Shown: positions 44,159 through 55,358, numbered from the stretch's first letter. The stretch: DNA of 64,000 nt from an uncultured delta proteobacterium (GCA_963753395.1 CAVWBW010000009.1:2633-66632), one strand, 5' to 3'. Made by a program: numbers and translations. The notes: generated from the letters alone by a model not told the origin.

Positions 44159-45718
44159 ATGCTCAAGCTTCCTTCCGCGCTTCGTTGGTGTGTTCTATTT
44201 GTGGCCATCAGTCTTGCTGCAGGTGTTGTCGGCTGTAGCAGCGACGAAGGTGCGGCAGGCACGGGCGGTGGTGGTAGTGCCGGAAATGGCGGAGCCGGCG
44301 GGGCCGATCTCCCTGAAGGGCGTCCTGACGATCCACTCGTGGAAGGCCCGATTACCGAGCCGGGCGCTCCGTTCGTCGCGGGCACGACCGGGATCTTCCT
44401 CTTCCAGCAAGAATATGAACAGATCGAGTTCTTCATCTCGGGGACGGCGAAGTCGTTTACGAATGTTGGAGAGCTCGGATCGGATGGCGTCTGGGAAGTA
44501 GAAGAAGGCGAGACGGCGGAGTACACGACGCGCGCGCTCGTGTACCGGCCGACGTCGGCGAGCCGGTTTAGCGGCACGGTGATTGTCGAGTGGCTGAACG
44601 TGAGCGGCGGGTTGGACGCGGCGCCTGATTGGATCTCGATGCATACGGAGATCTTTCGAGAGGGGCACGTGTGGGTTGGCGTGTCAGCGCAGGTCGACGG
44701 GATCGAAGGCCGCGGGGGCGGGATCGGGGCGCTCTACCTCAAGGCGGTGGACCCGGTGCGCTATGGGCCGTTGTCGCATCCCGGCGACAGCTTTTCGTAC
44801 GAGATGTTCGCGCAGGTGGCGCAGGCTGTCCGCAATCCCACTGACATTGCACCATTGCAGGGGCTGGTGCCGGAGCGGGTGATTGCGGTGGGTGAATCAC
44901 AATCGGCAGGCCGACTGGTAACTTGGGTCAACGCCCTTGGGCCGGTCTATGGGTTGTTCGATGGGTACATCATTCACAGCCGAGGTGGTGGGAGCCCTCC
45001 CCTCTCGCAGAGTCCGCAGGAAGTGGTCGGCACGCCGGACATCGTGCGCGTGCGCGAAGACCTAAATCAGCCGGTGTTGATGTACCAAACGGAGTCGGAT
45101 CTGTTTCTGCTGAACTCGCTACCAAGCAATCAACCGGATTCGCGCATGTTCCGGTTGTGGGAAGTTGCAGGCACGGCGCACGCGGATACGTACACGCTGG
45201 ACCTCGGGCATTCCGACGTTGGAGACGACCCTTCAATTGCGCGAGTCATCGAGACGACCGAGGGGGCTCCGATACCCGGGCTCATCACTTGTGACCTACC
45301 CATTAACTCCGGCCCGGCGCATTGGGTGCTCAAGGCGGGGCTTCGCGGGTTGATTTCCTGGATCACGGATGGGACGCCACTCCCCGAGGCGCCGCGCCTC
45401 TCGATCAATGAGGACCGCACTGGGTTTGAGCTCGATCCGCTTGATAATGTGCTCGGAGGAATTCGAACGAACTACGTGGACGCGCCTGTGGCGGTGCTTT
45501 CGGGTCTTGGGCAGATGGCGGGCGGCTTCTGCCGTATCTTCGGGACGACGGCGTTGTTCGATGATGAGCAACTGACGGAGCTCTACCCGACCGAGCAGAG
45601 CTACCTCGATGCGGTGAATGCGTCCGTGGGGGCAGCGGTTGAGGCAGGGTTTCTCTTGCCTCCCGATGCGGGATTGATTGTTGCGGATGCGGAGGCCTCC
45701 GGTATCGGCGGACCGTGA
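44159..45718 (+). CDS. lipoprotein with an alpha/beta-hydrolase-like domain
   Basis: The lipobox is ISLAAGVVGC, followed by a Gly-rich linker, then VIVEWLNVSGGLDAAPDW and a nucleophile-elbow-like GESQS. Confidence 0.7.
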   Translation: MLKLPSALRWCVLFVAISLAAGVVGCSSDEGAAGTGGGGSAGNGGAGGADLPEGRPDDPLVEGPITEPGAPFVAGTTGIFLFQQEYEQIEFFISGTAKSFTNVGELGSDGVWEVEEGETAEYTTRALVYRPTSASRFSGTVIVEWLNVSGGLDAAPDWISMHTEIFREGHVWVGVSAQVDGIEGRGGGIGALYLKAVDPVRYGPLSHPGDSFSYEMFAQVAQAVRNPTDIAPLQGLVPERVIAVGESQSAGRLVTWVNALGPVYGLFDGYIIHSRGGGSPPLSQSPQEVVGTPDIVRVREDLNQPVLMYQTESDLFLLNSLPSNQPDSRMFRLWEVAGTAHADTYTLDLGHSDVGDDPSIARVIETTEGAPIPGLITCDLPINSGPAHWVLKAGLRGLISWITDGTPLPEAPRLSINEDRTGFELDPLDNVLGGIRTNYVDAPVAVLSGLGQMAGGFCRIFGTTALFDDEQLTELYPTEQSYLDAVNASVGAAVEAGFLLPPDAGLIVADAEASGIGGP

Positions 45719-45721
45719 GGG

Positions 45722-46129
45722 CTAGAGCGCTTTTCGGTAGAGGTGCCAGTCGAGGTGGAAGCGGCCGTTTGGGTACGTCCCGATGCGCTGGTAGCCGTGG
45801 CGCTCGTAGAAGCCAGGGGCCTGGGTCTCCGCGGTTTCCAGTTGCACGACGTGGCAACCAAGGTCGATGGCGTGTGCTTCGAACGCGCGCATGAGTGAGG
45901 ATCCGATGCCGCGATGCGTGTGGGCGTCAGCGACGACGACCTGTTTGAGGTAGGCCATGCCGCCAACGACTTCATAGACGGCTACACCTCGGCAGTCGTC
46001 GTCTTCGTAGGCGCCGAGCGCGAAGTCTTGTTGCTGCCAGTCGATGCCTTGGCGGCGATTGTGGAGCGGCCAGTGGGTTTTGTTGAAGTCAGCGGCCTGC
46101 TGGAGGGGTATGGGCTTGGTATCGGACAT
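45722..46129 (-). CDS. GNAT-family N-acetyltransferase
   Basis: It has an acetyl-CoA-binding-like segment (HRGIGSSLMRAFEAHA) and FYERHGY. Confidence 0.85.
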   Translation of the reverse strand: MSDTKPIPLQQAADFNKTHWPLHNRRQGIDWQQQDFALGAYEDDDCRGVAVYEVVGGMAYLKQVVVADAHTHRGIGSSLMRAFEAHAIDLGCHVVQLETAETQAPGFYERHGYQRIGTYPNGRFHLDWHLYRKAL

Positions 46130-46249
46130 CAGTTGGGTGCGAGACTATTGGGTGTGGTGGCACGACGGCAAGCACTGCGGAGCGGCGGGCGGTGGCGCAG
46201 TGGTGGCGTTCCGTCGTTCGAGGGTGGCTAGAGCGCTGAAATCGTTTGG

Positions 46250-47329
46250 GTGCCAGCCGGTACCGGACCTGCATTGCTCATTGGTGTGTCCGAAACGAAG
46301 AAGAACTCGTCGGAAGCAGGCTTGGACGTTGGTTCTCTGCGGCGGCTCGGCAAGCGGCAGTTGCTGCGTGGCTTTTCGAAGGTGGTGAGCGACGACCGCG
46401 CGAATACAGCCAGAATGCTGGCGTACGTCGGAGAGATCGACCGGCGGCGGCTGTACCTCGAGGACGCGTATCCTTCGATGTTCGCCATGTGTACGAAGCA
46501 CTTCGGAATGTCCGAGGCGATTGCAGCAAAGCGCATTCGAGCAGGCCGCGCGGCCTGTCGTTTTCCCCTCATTCTGGAGATGATCCGGCGGGGGGAGTTG
46601 CATCTCAGTGGCGTACATCAGCTCGCGGGACACCTGACTGAGAGCAACCACGCCGAGGTGCTGCATCGCGCGAAGCATCAGAGCATGCGGGAGATTGAGG
46701 CGCTAGTTGCGGAAATTTCGCCGCAAGTGGATCGGGAGACGGTCCTTCGTGAGTTGGTGGCGGAAACGGGATGCGTTGGTGATGCGGGGGAGGATGGTGC
46801 GAGCGGCACCATTGAGAGCGGCCCTATGCCTGCGAGCAGCGTGAAGAGCCTGACGATCCCGTTGTCTCCGCGCCGATACCGGCTGCACGTGACGATTGGT
46901 CAGACGGCCAAGGATTCCCTGGAAGAGCTTCGGGGGCTACTGAGTCATCAGATTCCTGATGGCGATCCGGCTCTGGTCGTGGAGAAGGCGTTAGCATTGC
47001 TGCTTGCGGAAACGAAGAAAAGGCGGGCGGCGTTGACGAAGAAGGCGCGGGCAAAGGCGCGGAAGGCGACCAAGAGGACACGCGTGATTCCGGCGCACGT
47101 CCGGCGAGCCGTGTTTGCGCGGGATGAGGGTCGGTGCGCGTTTGTCGACAAGAGGGGCCGGCGCTGCGGTTCCACTTGGCAGGTCGAGCTCCATCACTGC
47201 GTTCCGTACGGAAGAGACGGTCCACACACCGTCGACAACGTCCAACTTCGTTGTCGCGCGCACAATCAGTTCGAGGCCGAACTCGAGTTTGGAAAGGCGT
47301 TCATGGCGAAGCGAAGGCAGTCGGCGTAG
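46250..47329 (+). CDS. HNH endonuclease (DUF222-like N-terminal region)
   Basis: The C-terminal part reads RVIPAHVRRAVFARDEGRCAFVDKRGRRCGSTWQVELHHCVPYGRDGPHTVDNVQLRCRAHN. The start codon is uncertain. Confidence 0.8.
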   Translation: MPAGTGPALLIGVSETKKNSSEAGLDVGSLRRLGKRQLLRGFSKVVSDDRANTARMLAYVGEIDRRRLYLEDAYPSMFAMCTKHFGMSEAIAAKRIRAGRAACRFPLILEMIRRGELHLSGVHQLAGHLTESNHAEVLHRAKHQSMREIEALVAEISPQVDRETVLRELVAETGCVGDAGEDGASGTIESGPMPASSVKSLTIPLSPRRYRLHVTIGQTAKDSLEELRGLLSHQIPDGDPALVVEKALALLLAETKKRRAALTKKARAKARKATKRTRVIPAHVRRAVFARDEGRCAFVDKRGRRCGSTWQVELHHCVPYGRDGPHTVDNVQLRCRAHNQFEAELEFGKAFMAKRRQSA

Positions 47330-47339
47330 ACTGGCGTGA

Positions 47340-48080
47340 ATGGCCATCTCCAGGCGGGACTTTGGGAGAAGCATGCTCGCTGGCATCGCAGCCACTTCGG
47401 TTGCGGGGGCCAGCGCATGCGGCTCGAGTGGCGGGAACGCCTTGGGTGGCGGAAACGGTGGCACGGGAGGCACTGTAGGGGCCGGCGGCGGGGTTGGGAA
47501 TGGCGGCTCGGGCGGAGCGAACGGCTGCGTTCTGTATCCAGAACAGACCGCAGGGCCGTTCTATCTCGATCTTGATTCGCTTCGACGGGACATCACCGAG
47601 GGCAAAGCTGGCGCTCCGTTACAGATGGTCGTGCGTGTGCAGGATGAGTCTTGCGCGCCATTGAGGGATCTGGCGGTGGACCTTTGGCATTGCGATGCGA
47701 ACGGAGTCTACTCGGGCTTCCCGGGACAGTTAGGCGACCTCGACACGACCGGGGAAACCTTTCTGCGAGGCACACAGATAACGGGCGACGACGGCGTGGC
47801 TGCATTCGACACCATCTACCCCGGGTGGTATCCGGGGCGGACCACGCATGTTCACTTCAAGGTTCATGCCTCGGGCACTACCGAGGCGACTTCGCAGGTC
47901 TACTTCCCCGAAGATACGACGTTTCAGATCTATGGGACCGCGCCCTACGACGCACGCGGGCAGAAAGACACGCCCAATCTTGCCGATGGAATTGCGGTTG
48001 CCAACCCTGCACCGCTCGCGGCCGTGACAGGAGACTCTTCGTCGGGATACGTGGCGACCGTTGTGGTCACGGTCGCGTAG
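47340..48080 (+). CDS. intradiol ring-cleavage dioxygenase-like protein with a Tat-type signal
   Basis: It has a twin-arginine signal (SRRDFGRSML), a Gly-rich linker, and YPGWYPGRTTHVHFKV. Confidence 0.85.
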   Translation: MAISRRDFGRSMLAGIAATSVAGASACGSSGGNALGGGNGGTGGTVGAGGGVGNGGSGGANGCVLYPEQTAGPFYLDLDSLRRDITEGKAGAPLQMVVRVQDESCAPLRDLAVDLWHCDANGVYSGFPGQLGDLDTTGETFLRGTQITGDDGVAAFDTIYPGWYPGRTTHVHFKVHASGTTEATSQVYFPEDTTFQIYGTAPYDARGQKDTPNLADGIAVANPAPLAAVTGDSSSGYVATVVVTVA

Positions 48081-48098
48081 CCCGCGTACTCCCGGTGG

Positions 48099-48347
48099 CT
48101 AGCGTGAGAGGATCTCGAACACCATTACGAGCGCCGCCCCTACAGCCGTCGCAAGAAGTGCAAAGCCTACGACGGCTCGCACTGAACGCGGCTCCGGCTT
48201 GCCCGCCAAGTCCAACAAGATGAGAGAGCTCGCTAACGACAGCGCCATGATAGCGGTAGCATCGAGCTCACCGGCCGAGAGAGAGCCGAAGCCGCCGACG
48301 AGAAGCATAACAACCGCAATGGACATGGCGATCTTGCGGATTGGCAC
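48099..48347 (-). CDS. small membrane protein
   Basis: An 82-aa ORF with three hydrophobic segments, lying downstream of the ICMT-like gene. Confidence 0.5.
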   Translation of the reverse strand: MPIRKIAMSIAVVMLLVGGFGSLSAGELDATAIMALSLASSLILLDLAGKPEPRSVRAVVGFALLATAVGAALVMVFEILSR

Positions 48348-48356
48348 GACGCAACC

Positions 48357-49040
48357 CTACCACACACCCGGAATCAACCGGTATCGCACGCGGCTCATGT
48401 AGGCCGCATAGCCCGGCAACGTCTCATTCAGGTGCCGCTCCTCGACCAAAATTCTGCCGACCAAGCTTGCGAGCACCACCAAGATCCCAATGGCGGCCGA
48501 GTAGCTCTCGAGCCACAGCGCAAGACCAAACAGCGCGACGAGGAAGCCGGTGTAGAACGGATGACGAACGCGTCCGTAGAGCCCGGTATCGACGACGAAT
48601 TGGCCGCGTTCGGTTTGGTCTCTGACAACCGGCGTAGCAAATGCATTTTGGTAGAGCGCTGTGAGAAGGAACGCGAAGCCTGCGAAGCCAACCACTGCGC
48701 CGAAAAGCGAAACGGCCAGTGACGGAGCCGGAAGCAGATGTAGGCGAAAAACATCAAAAGGGATGAACACCATCCATCCGCCAACCGCGAGGCCAATGAA
48801 CGCTGTCGCGATGCGGTCGGCGACTGGCTGCTTCCTACTGATGGCCGGCTCGAGGCGCGCCTCGAGGCTCGATGGCGCCGCGACGGCAAGCCAGACAACG
48901 GCACCGAGCAAAACGATCCCATACGTAAGCAGGAATTGAATCGCGCGCGGCCAGTGCCAGGTGCCCGCCGGAATCAGCAAGAGCGCGGCAAGCAGCGCGA
49001 GCTGAGACATCCCACCGAGCAATCCCCGAGCCAGCAGCAT
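48357..49040 (-). CDS. isoprenylcysteine carboxyl methyltransferase-family membrane protein
   Basis: It contains TGLYGRVRHPFYTGFLVALFGLALW. Its start overlaps the upstream stop (TGATG). Confidence 0.85.
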   Translation of the reverse strand: MLLARGLLGGMSQLALLAALLLIPAGTWHWPRAIQFLLTYGIVLLGAVVWLAVAAPSSLEARLEPAISRKQPVADRIATAFIGLAVGGWMVFIPFDVFRLHLLPAPSLAVSLFGAVVGFAGFAFLLTALYQNAFATPVVRDQTERGQFVVDTGLYGRVRHPFYTGFLVALFGLALWLESYSAAIGILVVLASLVGRILVEERHLNETLPGYAAYMSRVRYRLIPGVW

Positions 49041-49651
49041 CAGAACCGTTCTATGTCTTCGGGGGTGAGCCCGTCGTTCTCAATGAGCGTGTACTGGTCC
49101 CGGTACGCGTCGTCCCCGTTCTTCCAGTCGGCGTTCCCTTCGTTGAGGCGTCGCTGGGTCCGGTTCTTCCGCTCGTCGAGTGGCTTTCCATAGCAAGTGT
49201 CGTCGCCGATGGTGTGCGTGACGATCGCGTCGTCGAGCCAGAACTTCAACAGCGCATGTTCTTCGGTCGCCCGCCGCACGAGCGTCACCTCAGGAGCAGG
49301 CCCCATCATTTTTTCCACGGTGTGCAGACGAACGAAGTAGGAGCGGCCGGCCTTGGGGTAGATCTCGATCCGTTGCGTCTTGTAGTACCCGAGCGCGTAG
49401 AAAACGATTGGCGCCGGATCAACTGGCAGCACCTGCGCTTCACGACCGCCGACCTCGGCAACGCACCGCTTGTCCGACGCGAAGACAGTGAACGTCATCT
49501 TTCGGTCGACCTTCTGGTTCTGAATGAACACCACCAACGCCTTGCCCGCAGGGGCAATGAAGGCCGTCTTGTCGTAGGCCATGGCTACCCGCGGGTTCAC
49601 GAAAGCGACGAGAAGCAGAACGACAACCCAAGTGGAGAACAGGGTCTTCAC
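49040..49651 (-). CDS. secreted protein, hypothetical
   Basis: The signal peptide is MKTLFSTWVVVLLLVAFVNPRVAMA. It is a distant paralog of 60214..60849, with the same order of conserved blocks. Confidence 0.7.
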   Translation of the reverse strand: MKTLFSTWVVVLLLVAFVNPRVAMAYDKTAFIAPAGKALVVFIQNQKVDRKMTFTVFASDKRCVAEVGGREAQVLPVDPAPIVFYALGYYKTQRIEIYPKAGRSYFVRLHTVEKMMGPAPEVTLVRRATEEHALLKFWLDDAIVTHTIGDDTCYGKPLDERKNRTQRRLNEGNADWKNGDDAYRDQYTLIENDGLTPEDIERF

Positions 49652-49690
49652 ACCGTACTTCTGTCACGAATCCGGCTATGATCTACCCAA

Positions 49691-50539
49691 ATGCTCACCC
49701 TCTCCCGCTGTTGGTGGCTGCTGCTGGCGCTGGCTTGCACATGGTGCGCCTGCGAGAAGGACCCGCCCCCCACGATCGCGTCGAAACGCGCGGCGGAAGC
49801 GGCCGCCCCGATCGGCGGAGACCGCACCCAGTTGCTCACCATCGTCTCAGATGAGTGGAACCGCTTCAGAGCTACGCTCCGTCGATATGAACGCGGGCCT
49901 CGGGAGAGGTGGAAGCCTTTAGGGCGGCCCATCGATGTTGTGCTCGGCCGCAATGGCTACGCTTGGGGCCGCGGGCTGCACGGGAGCGGCGCGCCGCTAG
50001 GCCGTCCCGGACCGGTCAAGCACGAGGGCGACGGACGCTCCCCAGCAGGCGTCTTTGGAATCGGTACAGCCTACGGTTACGCGGCCGCCAAAGCAGATCT
50101 CGCGCTCCCTTATGTGCAGGCCACTCGGGATCTCCGCTGCGTCGATGACTCCCGATCGAGCCACTACAACGACATCGTCTCTACGGAAGACACCAAGGTC
50201 GACTGGCAGAGCGCCGAGCGGATGCTGCGCGACGACGACCTCTACGTCTTGGCGATTGTCATCGAACACAATACCGAGCCGACGAGAGCTGGCGCGGGCA
50301 GCTGCATCTTCATCCACCTCTGGCAAGGCCCCAACAAAGGCATGAGCGGGTGCACCGCGATGTCCATGGGCGCATTGAACGAGCTGTCTGCATGGCTCCG
50401 GCCAGACGCGGCGGCCCTCGTCGCCCTACCCCGAAGCGAATACGAAGCGCTCCGGCGACCCTGGGATCTGCCGGCCGTGCCACTCCCCGGTCAGTACGAA
50501 CGCGCCAGCGGCAAATTAGAGGAACGCGACCCCGAATGA
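49691..50539 (+). CDS. L,D-transpeptidase-fold (YkuD/YafK-like) lipoprotein
   Basis: It has HEGDGRSPAGVFGIG and a catalytic-like segment, CIFIHLWQGPNKGMSGCTAM. Confidence 0.7.
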   Translation: MLTLSRCWWLLLALACTWCACEKDPPPTIASKRAAEAAAPIGGDRTQLLTIVSDEWNRFRATLRRYERGPRERWKPLGRPIDVVLGRNGYAWGRGLHGSGAPLGRPGPVKHEGDGRSPAGVFGIGTAYGYAAAKADLALPYVQATRDLRCVDDSRSSHYNDIVSTEDTKVDWQSAERMLRDDDLYVLAIVIEHNTEPTRAGAGSCIFIHLWQGPNKGMSGCTAMSMGALNELSAWLRPDAAALVALPRSEYEALRRPWDLPAVPLPGQYERASGKLEERDPE

Positions 50540-50547
50540 GGCCCGCC

Positions 50548-51189
50548 TCAATCTCTCCTCACGAGAGTCAGGAACAGCGCCGCGGACAGACCGGAGGCGC
50601 CGAAGATCATGCACATCACCATCACTTGATACCTGACGGCGATGAGCGGGGAGACCCCCGAAAGGATCTGCCCGGTCATGAACCCCGGAAGAGACACGAG
50701 CCCCACCGCGAGCAGCGTATTCACGATTGGGATTAGGCCGGCTTGCAAAGCAATCCGGCGCGCATCCACGTACGGGACATTGCGCTCGAGCTCTGCAAAT
50801 AGGCGCTCGGCGGAAATGCTGACCGAGTTCATCGAAGCAGCGAAGATCATCCCGGCCAGCGGCACGACGAACTTCGGCTCGTACCAAGGGTCGAGGGTAA
50901 GCACGGCTTGCGTAACGAGCGCCAGCGTGAGGCCGCCGCCAACCAACACCGCCAAGAACGCATAGCGGTAGAGCGAACCCCGGAGCGAGGGCACTGTTCG
51001 AAGGGCGATCCAGCTCGCCGCGACCAGCATCACGCAGACGACCCCGAACACGATCCACGGGGTGTCGGCCTCGAAGATGTAGACCAGCACGTAGCCGACG
51101 AGGAGAAGTTGCGCGACCATACGCACCAGGGCGATGAAACCCTGCGCCGCGTCCACCCGCCATCTCCATAGGACGAACAAGACCACCAC
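50548..51189 (-). CDS. fetB: FetB/YbbM-family (UPF0014) ABC-type permease
   Basis: It has RMVAQLLLVGYVLVYIF and LVSLPGFMTGQILSGVSPLIAVRYQVMVM. The frame stays open upstream to about 51237, where an in-frame ATT follows GGAGG by 5 nt, so the true start is probably upstream of the GTG at 51189. Confidence 0.8.
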   Translation of the reverse strand: MVVLFVLWRWRVDAAQGFIALVRMVAQLLLVGYVLVYIFEADTPWIVFGVVCVMLVAASWIALRTVPSLRGSLYRYAFLAVLVGGGLTLALVTQAVLTLDPWYEPKFVVPLAGMIFAASMNSVSISAERLFAELERNVPYVDARRIALQAGLIPIVNTLLAVGLVSLPGFMTGQILSGVSPLIAVRYQVMVMCMIFGASGLSAALFLTLVRRD

Positions 51190-51247
51190 GGCAGGGATGG
51201 CGGCCGCGACGAGATGCAGGGGCGGAATCGTTTGAATGGCAACCTCC

Positions 51248-52141
51248 TCAGTGGGATTGACTGAAGTACCAAGCCACGGCCATCACCACAGCGCCAGCGA
51301 CTGACCAAAACAGCGCGCTATGCGCGCGCGGCGCAAACTTCTGTAGCGGCCATATTTCCTGACTGAAGAAGTTGTCGGGGAAGGTCTCGACGCCAGCAAA
51401 ACCGATGTGCGCAGGCGGATCAGCCGGCATCTTCGCGGTCCCGAAGATCCAGTCCCAGGTGCTGAAGATGATGCCGAAGTTCACCGTCGTTTTGGCGTCG
51501 CCATCGTAGTCGTGATGCCAGATGTGCATCCGCGGGCTGTTCAGGATGTAGCGCCACCGGCCATGACCGAGGTTGAGGTTGGCGTGATTGAGATGCCCGA
51601 TCAGCGTACCGAAGATCGCGTGGAACATCAGCGCTTCCCAGCGGAACCCGAGAAACACCAACGGTAGGTAGAGCACGGATTTGTAGACGATGACCTCGAG
51701 CCAAGAGAAGCGGAACGCGACGATCCAGTCCATCTCGCCGTCTTTCACGCTGTGATGCGCCTTGTGGAACTCCCAGAAGAGCGGGACGCGATGCAGCATG
51801 TTGTGCACGCACCACTGAATGAAATCGACGGCCACCAGCGCGACGATGATCTGCACCCAAAGCGGCCAGTTGACGGCCGCGTTTCGGTACACCAGGTCCG
51901 TGAGACCTTCGGCGGCGAGCCACTTGTCGACCGAGGGCAAGATCCAGGTGCTCGCGAGCCCGGCGAGCAACAGCCCGAGGAAGTGCCCGTTGAACACGAG
52001 GTGAATGAAATCCGACCAGAGCTTCGGTCGCAGTTGCTTCTGCTCGGGCCGCCACGGAAACAAGCGCTCGAGCAGCATCACGAAGCCGGACAACACCGCC
52101 AGGCTGATGGGATACATGTACGCTGCCATCCGGCCGGGCAT
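51248..52141 (-). CDS. sterol desaturase / fatty acid hydroxylase-family protein
   Basis: Histidine boxes are HNMLHR, HKAHHS and HIWHHD. The start was chosen at an internal ATG. Confidence 0.85.
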   Translation of the reverse strand: MPGRMAAYMYPISLAVLSGFVMLLERLFPWRPEQKQLRPKLWSDFIHLVFNGHFLGLLLAGLASTWILPSVDKWLAAEGLTDLVYRNAAVNWPLWVQIIVALVAVDFIQWCVHNMLHRVPLFWEFHKAHHSVKDGEMDWIVAFRFSWLEVIVYKSVLYLPLVFLGFRWEALMFHAIFGTLIGHLNHANLNLGHGRWRYILNSPRMHIWHHDYDGDAKTTVNFGIIFSTWDWIFGTAKMPADPPAHIGFAGVETFPDNFFSQEIWPLQKFAPRAHSALFWSVAGAVVMAVAWYFSQSH

Positions 52142-52248
52142 AGCATGAGACGAACCAAGATTCGCGCCGCGGTGGCCCTTGAAGCCCCGCTGCTTGACTC
52201 GGTTGCTGAGATCATCGCAGCTCCGGGCCGACGTGCACACGTCAGCGA

Positions 52249-53535
52249 CTACGGCTCGGCGCCGGCCCGCACCTCCTCGATCAGCGCCAAGGTTAGCTCG
52301 TTGCGCTGCTCGGCGGTCCAGTAGTTTCGGAATGGGTCAACGTCCATGACCGGGCTGGCGTGGTCCCCGCGCCGGAGCTCGCGGTGGGCCGCCCCTGGCA
52401 GCATCGTGCTGCCCCTCGGTACCAAGCCATCATTGGGGACGCCGGCGATATCACGGAGGTAGGCGTTCGGGAGGGTCATGACGCCGATGGTGCCCATGGC
52501 GGCCGACGAAGCCTCTGCCACCCGACGGCCGATGAGAGCGATCGCCTCGCCGACCGAAGCGCGCACGACACGCGTCACGTTGGTCGGCGTCTTGGCGTAC
52601 TCGGCCCCAAGCATCGTCGTGATCTCGTTGACTAAGTCCGCGCTGAACACACCGCGTGCAAACGTGCCAGCAAACTTTGCCACTGTCGTTTCTGATTCAT
52701 AGACCGTGTATCCGGCAATCACCGGTACGCGCCGGGTGAGCTTTCGAATCTCGTTCTTGTGCGCCTGCATGTACGCGGTTCGCGTTTCCACTTTCAGGTC
52801 TTCGAGCGCTTGTGCGTCCCCACCGCCAAGCGCCTGCAATAGGACCCCATCCATCGGGGAAGACGTCGAATCGGCCAGCGGCGAGCCGTAGAACGGAGAT
52901 TGAAAAGCGACCCACCCCTTCACCCTTCCCCAGAGCTCCGGCGCGCCGAGCAACGCGTGCAAGGTGTCGAGCCCGCCCTTGCTGTGTGTCACCAAGACGA
53001 TCTTCTTGTCGGTCCGGCGGAGAAGCGCCCGTATCGCGGCGGCGTTGTGCTCGATGCTCTGCGAGGTGTTGAACGCCTCCGAGACCAGCGAGACGTTCCG
53101 GTACGGGATGCCCCTCTCGTCGAACTCGCGCATCTGTGTATAGAACGTCATGAACCGGCCCTCCGCGATCGGGAGATCGATCCGTGGAAGCGCGTCGGCG
53201 ACCGCGTCTCCGATGGCGAGATCGAGACTCCGATCGCCGGGCAGGTCGAGATGTACGTTGAGCGAGCGGGCGCTGCGCTCCATCGCCTGGTTGATCTCGT
53301 CTTCGAGCTGCTCGCTCAGCGCATCATAGAGCTGCGACATGAATCCGCTGACGAACCAAACCTCTTGGCCGCGAAACGACGTGGCGAGCTCGCGGGGCTC
53401 CGATTGCTCCTCCTCGACCGCCTCAGTGGGCGCGCCCGCATCCGTCGCGCTCGGTCGATCCTTGCACCCACCGAGCCCCGCAGCGCACAGCACCAACGAG
53501 ACCCAGAGTACGCGAGCGGCGGCGATCGCGAGCAT
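52249..53535 (-). CDS. lipoprotein with a lipase-like alpha/beta-hydrolase motif
   Basis: It has its own signal and lipobox (MLAIAAARVLWVSLVLCAAGLGGC) and VLVTHSKGG. As sequenced, it is in frame with the upstream MBL ORF. Confidence 0.7.
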   Translation of the reverse strand: MLAIAAARVLWVSLVLCAAGLGGCKDRPSATDAGAPTEAVEEEQSEPRELATSFRGQEVWFVSGFMSQLYDALSEQLEDEINQAMERSARSLNVHLDLPGDRSLDLAIGDAVADALPRIDLPIAEGRFMTFYTQMREFDERGIPYRNVSLVSEAFNTSQSIEHNAAAIRALLRRTDKKIVLVTHSKGGLDTLHALLGAPELWGRVKGWVAFQSPFYGSPLADSTSSPMDGVLLQALGGGDAQALEDLKVETRTAYMQAHKNEIRKLTRRVPVIAGYTVYESETTVAKFAGTFARGVFSADLVNEITTMLGAEYAKTPTNVTRVVRASVGEAIALIGRRVAEASSAAMGTIGVMTLPNAYLRDIAGVPNDGLVPRGSTMLPGAAHRELRRGDHASPVMDVDPFRNYWTAEQRNELTLALIEEVRAGAEP

Positions 53536-54234
53536 GCCGGGGCTACGGCCAGTCCGGCGGGGGGGAAGCTCGGTTCCCGGAGTCTTCCCCTCCATCCGGT
53601 GCGCGATGAAATCGGTCAGCGTCGCATGTTGAAGATAGGGGTTTTCCGCGAGCTCGGCGTCGAGCGTCGAGACGGTAACGGGCCCGTAGTTGTGGCCCGG
53701 ATACATGCGTGTGTCCCGGGGAAGCGATTCGACCAAGCCCTTGAGCGTGCCGAACATCGTCTCCGGATCGCCGCCGACGAAATCGCAACGCCCGCAGCCC
53801 TGCACGAACATGGTGTCGCCCGTCACGATGGCGTCGCGGATGCGGTAGGTCGTCGAACCAGGCGTGTGCCCCGGCGTGTGCATGAACGTGATGTCGAGGT
53901 TTTTTCCAACCGTGAGCACATCGCCCGACCGGTGACGTTCGAGGTTCTCCGAGCGAAACCCGGAGAAGTCGATTTCCTCGCCGAGCATGTGGACAGGAAC
54001 GTCGGTCTTCTCCACCAGAGCATCGACTCGATTCACGTGGTCGAAATGGCTGTGCGTGCAGAGGATGCCAGTGATGCTCACGTCGAGCTTGGCCGCTTGC
54101 TCGAGAATGACCTCGGCATCCCACGCCGGATCGACCACGACGCAGGTCCGCGTGGCCTTGTCGCCCACGAGATAGATGAAATTATCCCAGGGGCCCAACT
54201 CGAACTGGTGCACGAAGACGCCTTCGTCGCCCAT
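53536..54234 (-). CDS. MBL-fold hydrolase (glyoxalase II-like), with no in-frame stop before the next gene
   Basis: It has THSHFDH and TPGHTPGS motifs. Its start lies 1 nt after the frmA stop. The end depends on a 7-nt homopolymer at 53559-53565. Confidence 0.8.
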
Positions 54235-54235
54235 C

Positions 54236-55354
<1,119 letters not shown>

Positions 55355-55358
55355 CTAG

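Noticed and set aside
46541-46566. A fourth copy of the caggccgcgcggcctg hairpin element.
   Set aside because: It lies inside the HNH endonuclease ORF (encoding RAGRAACRF), lacks the conserved T-tract tail, and is most simply a chance GC palindrome. The partial match at about 9932-9950 also lacks the full palindrome.
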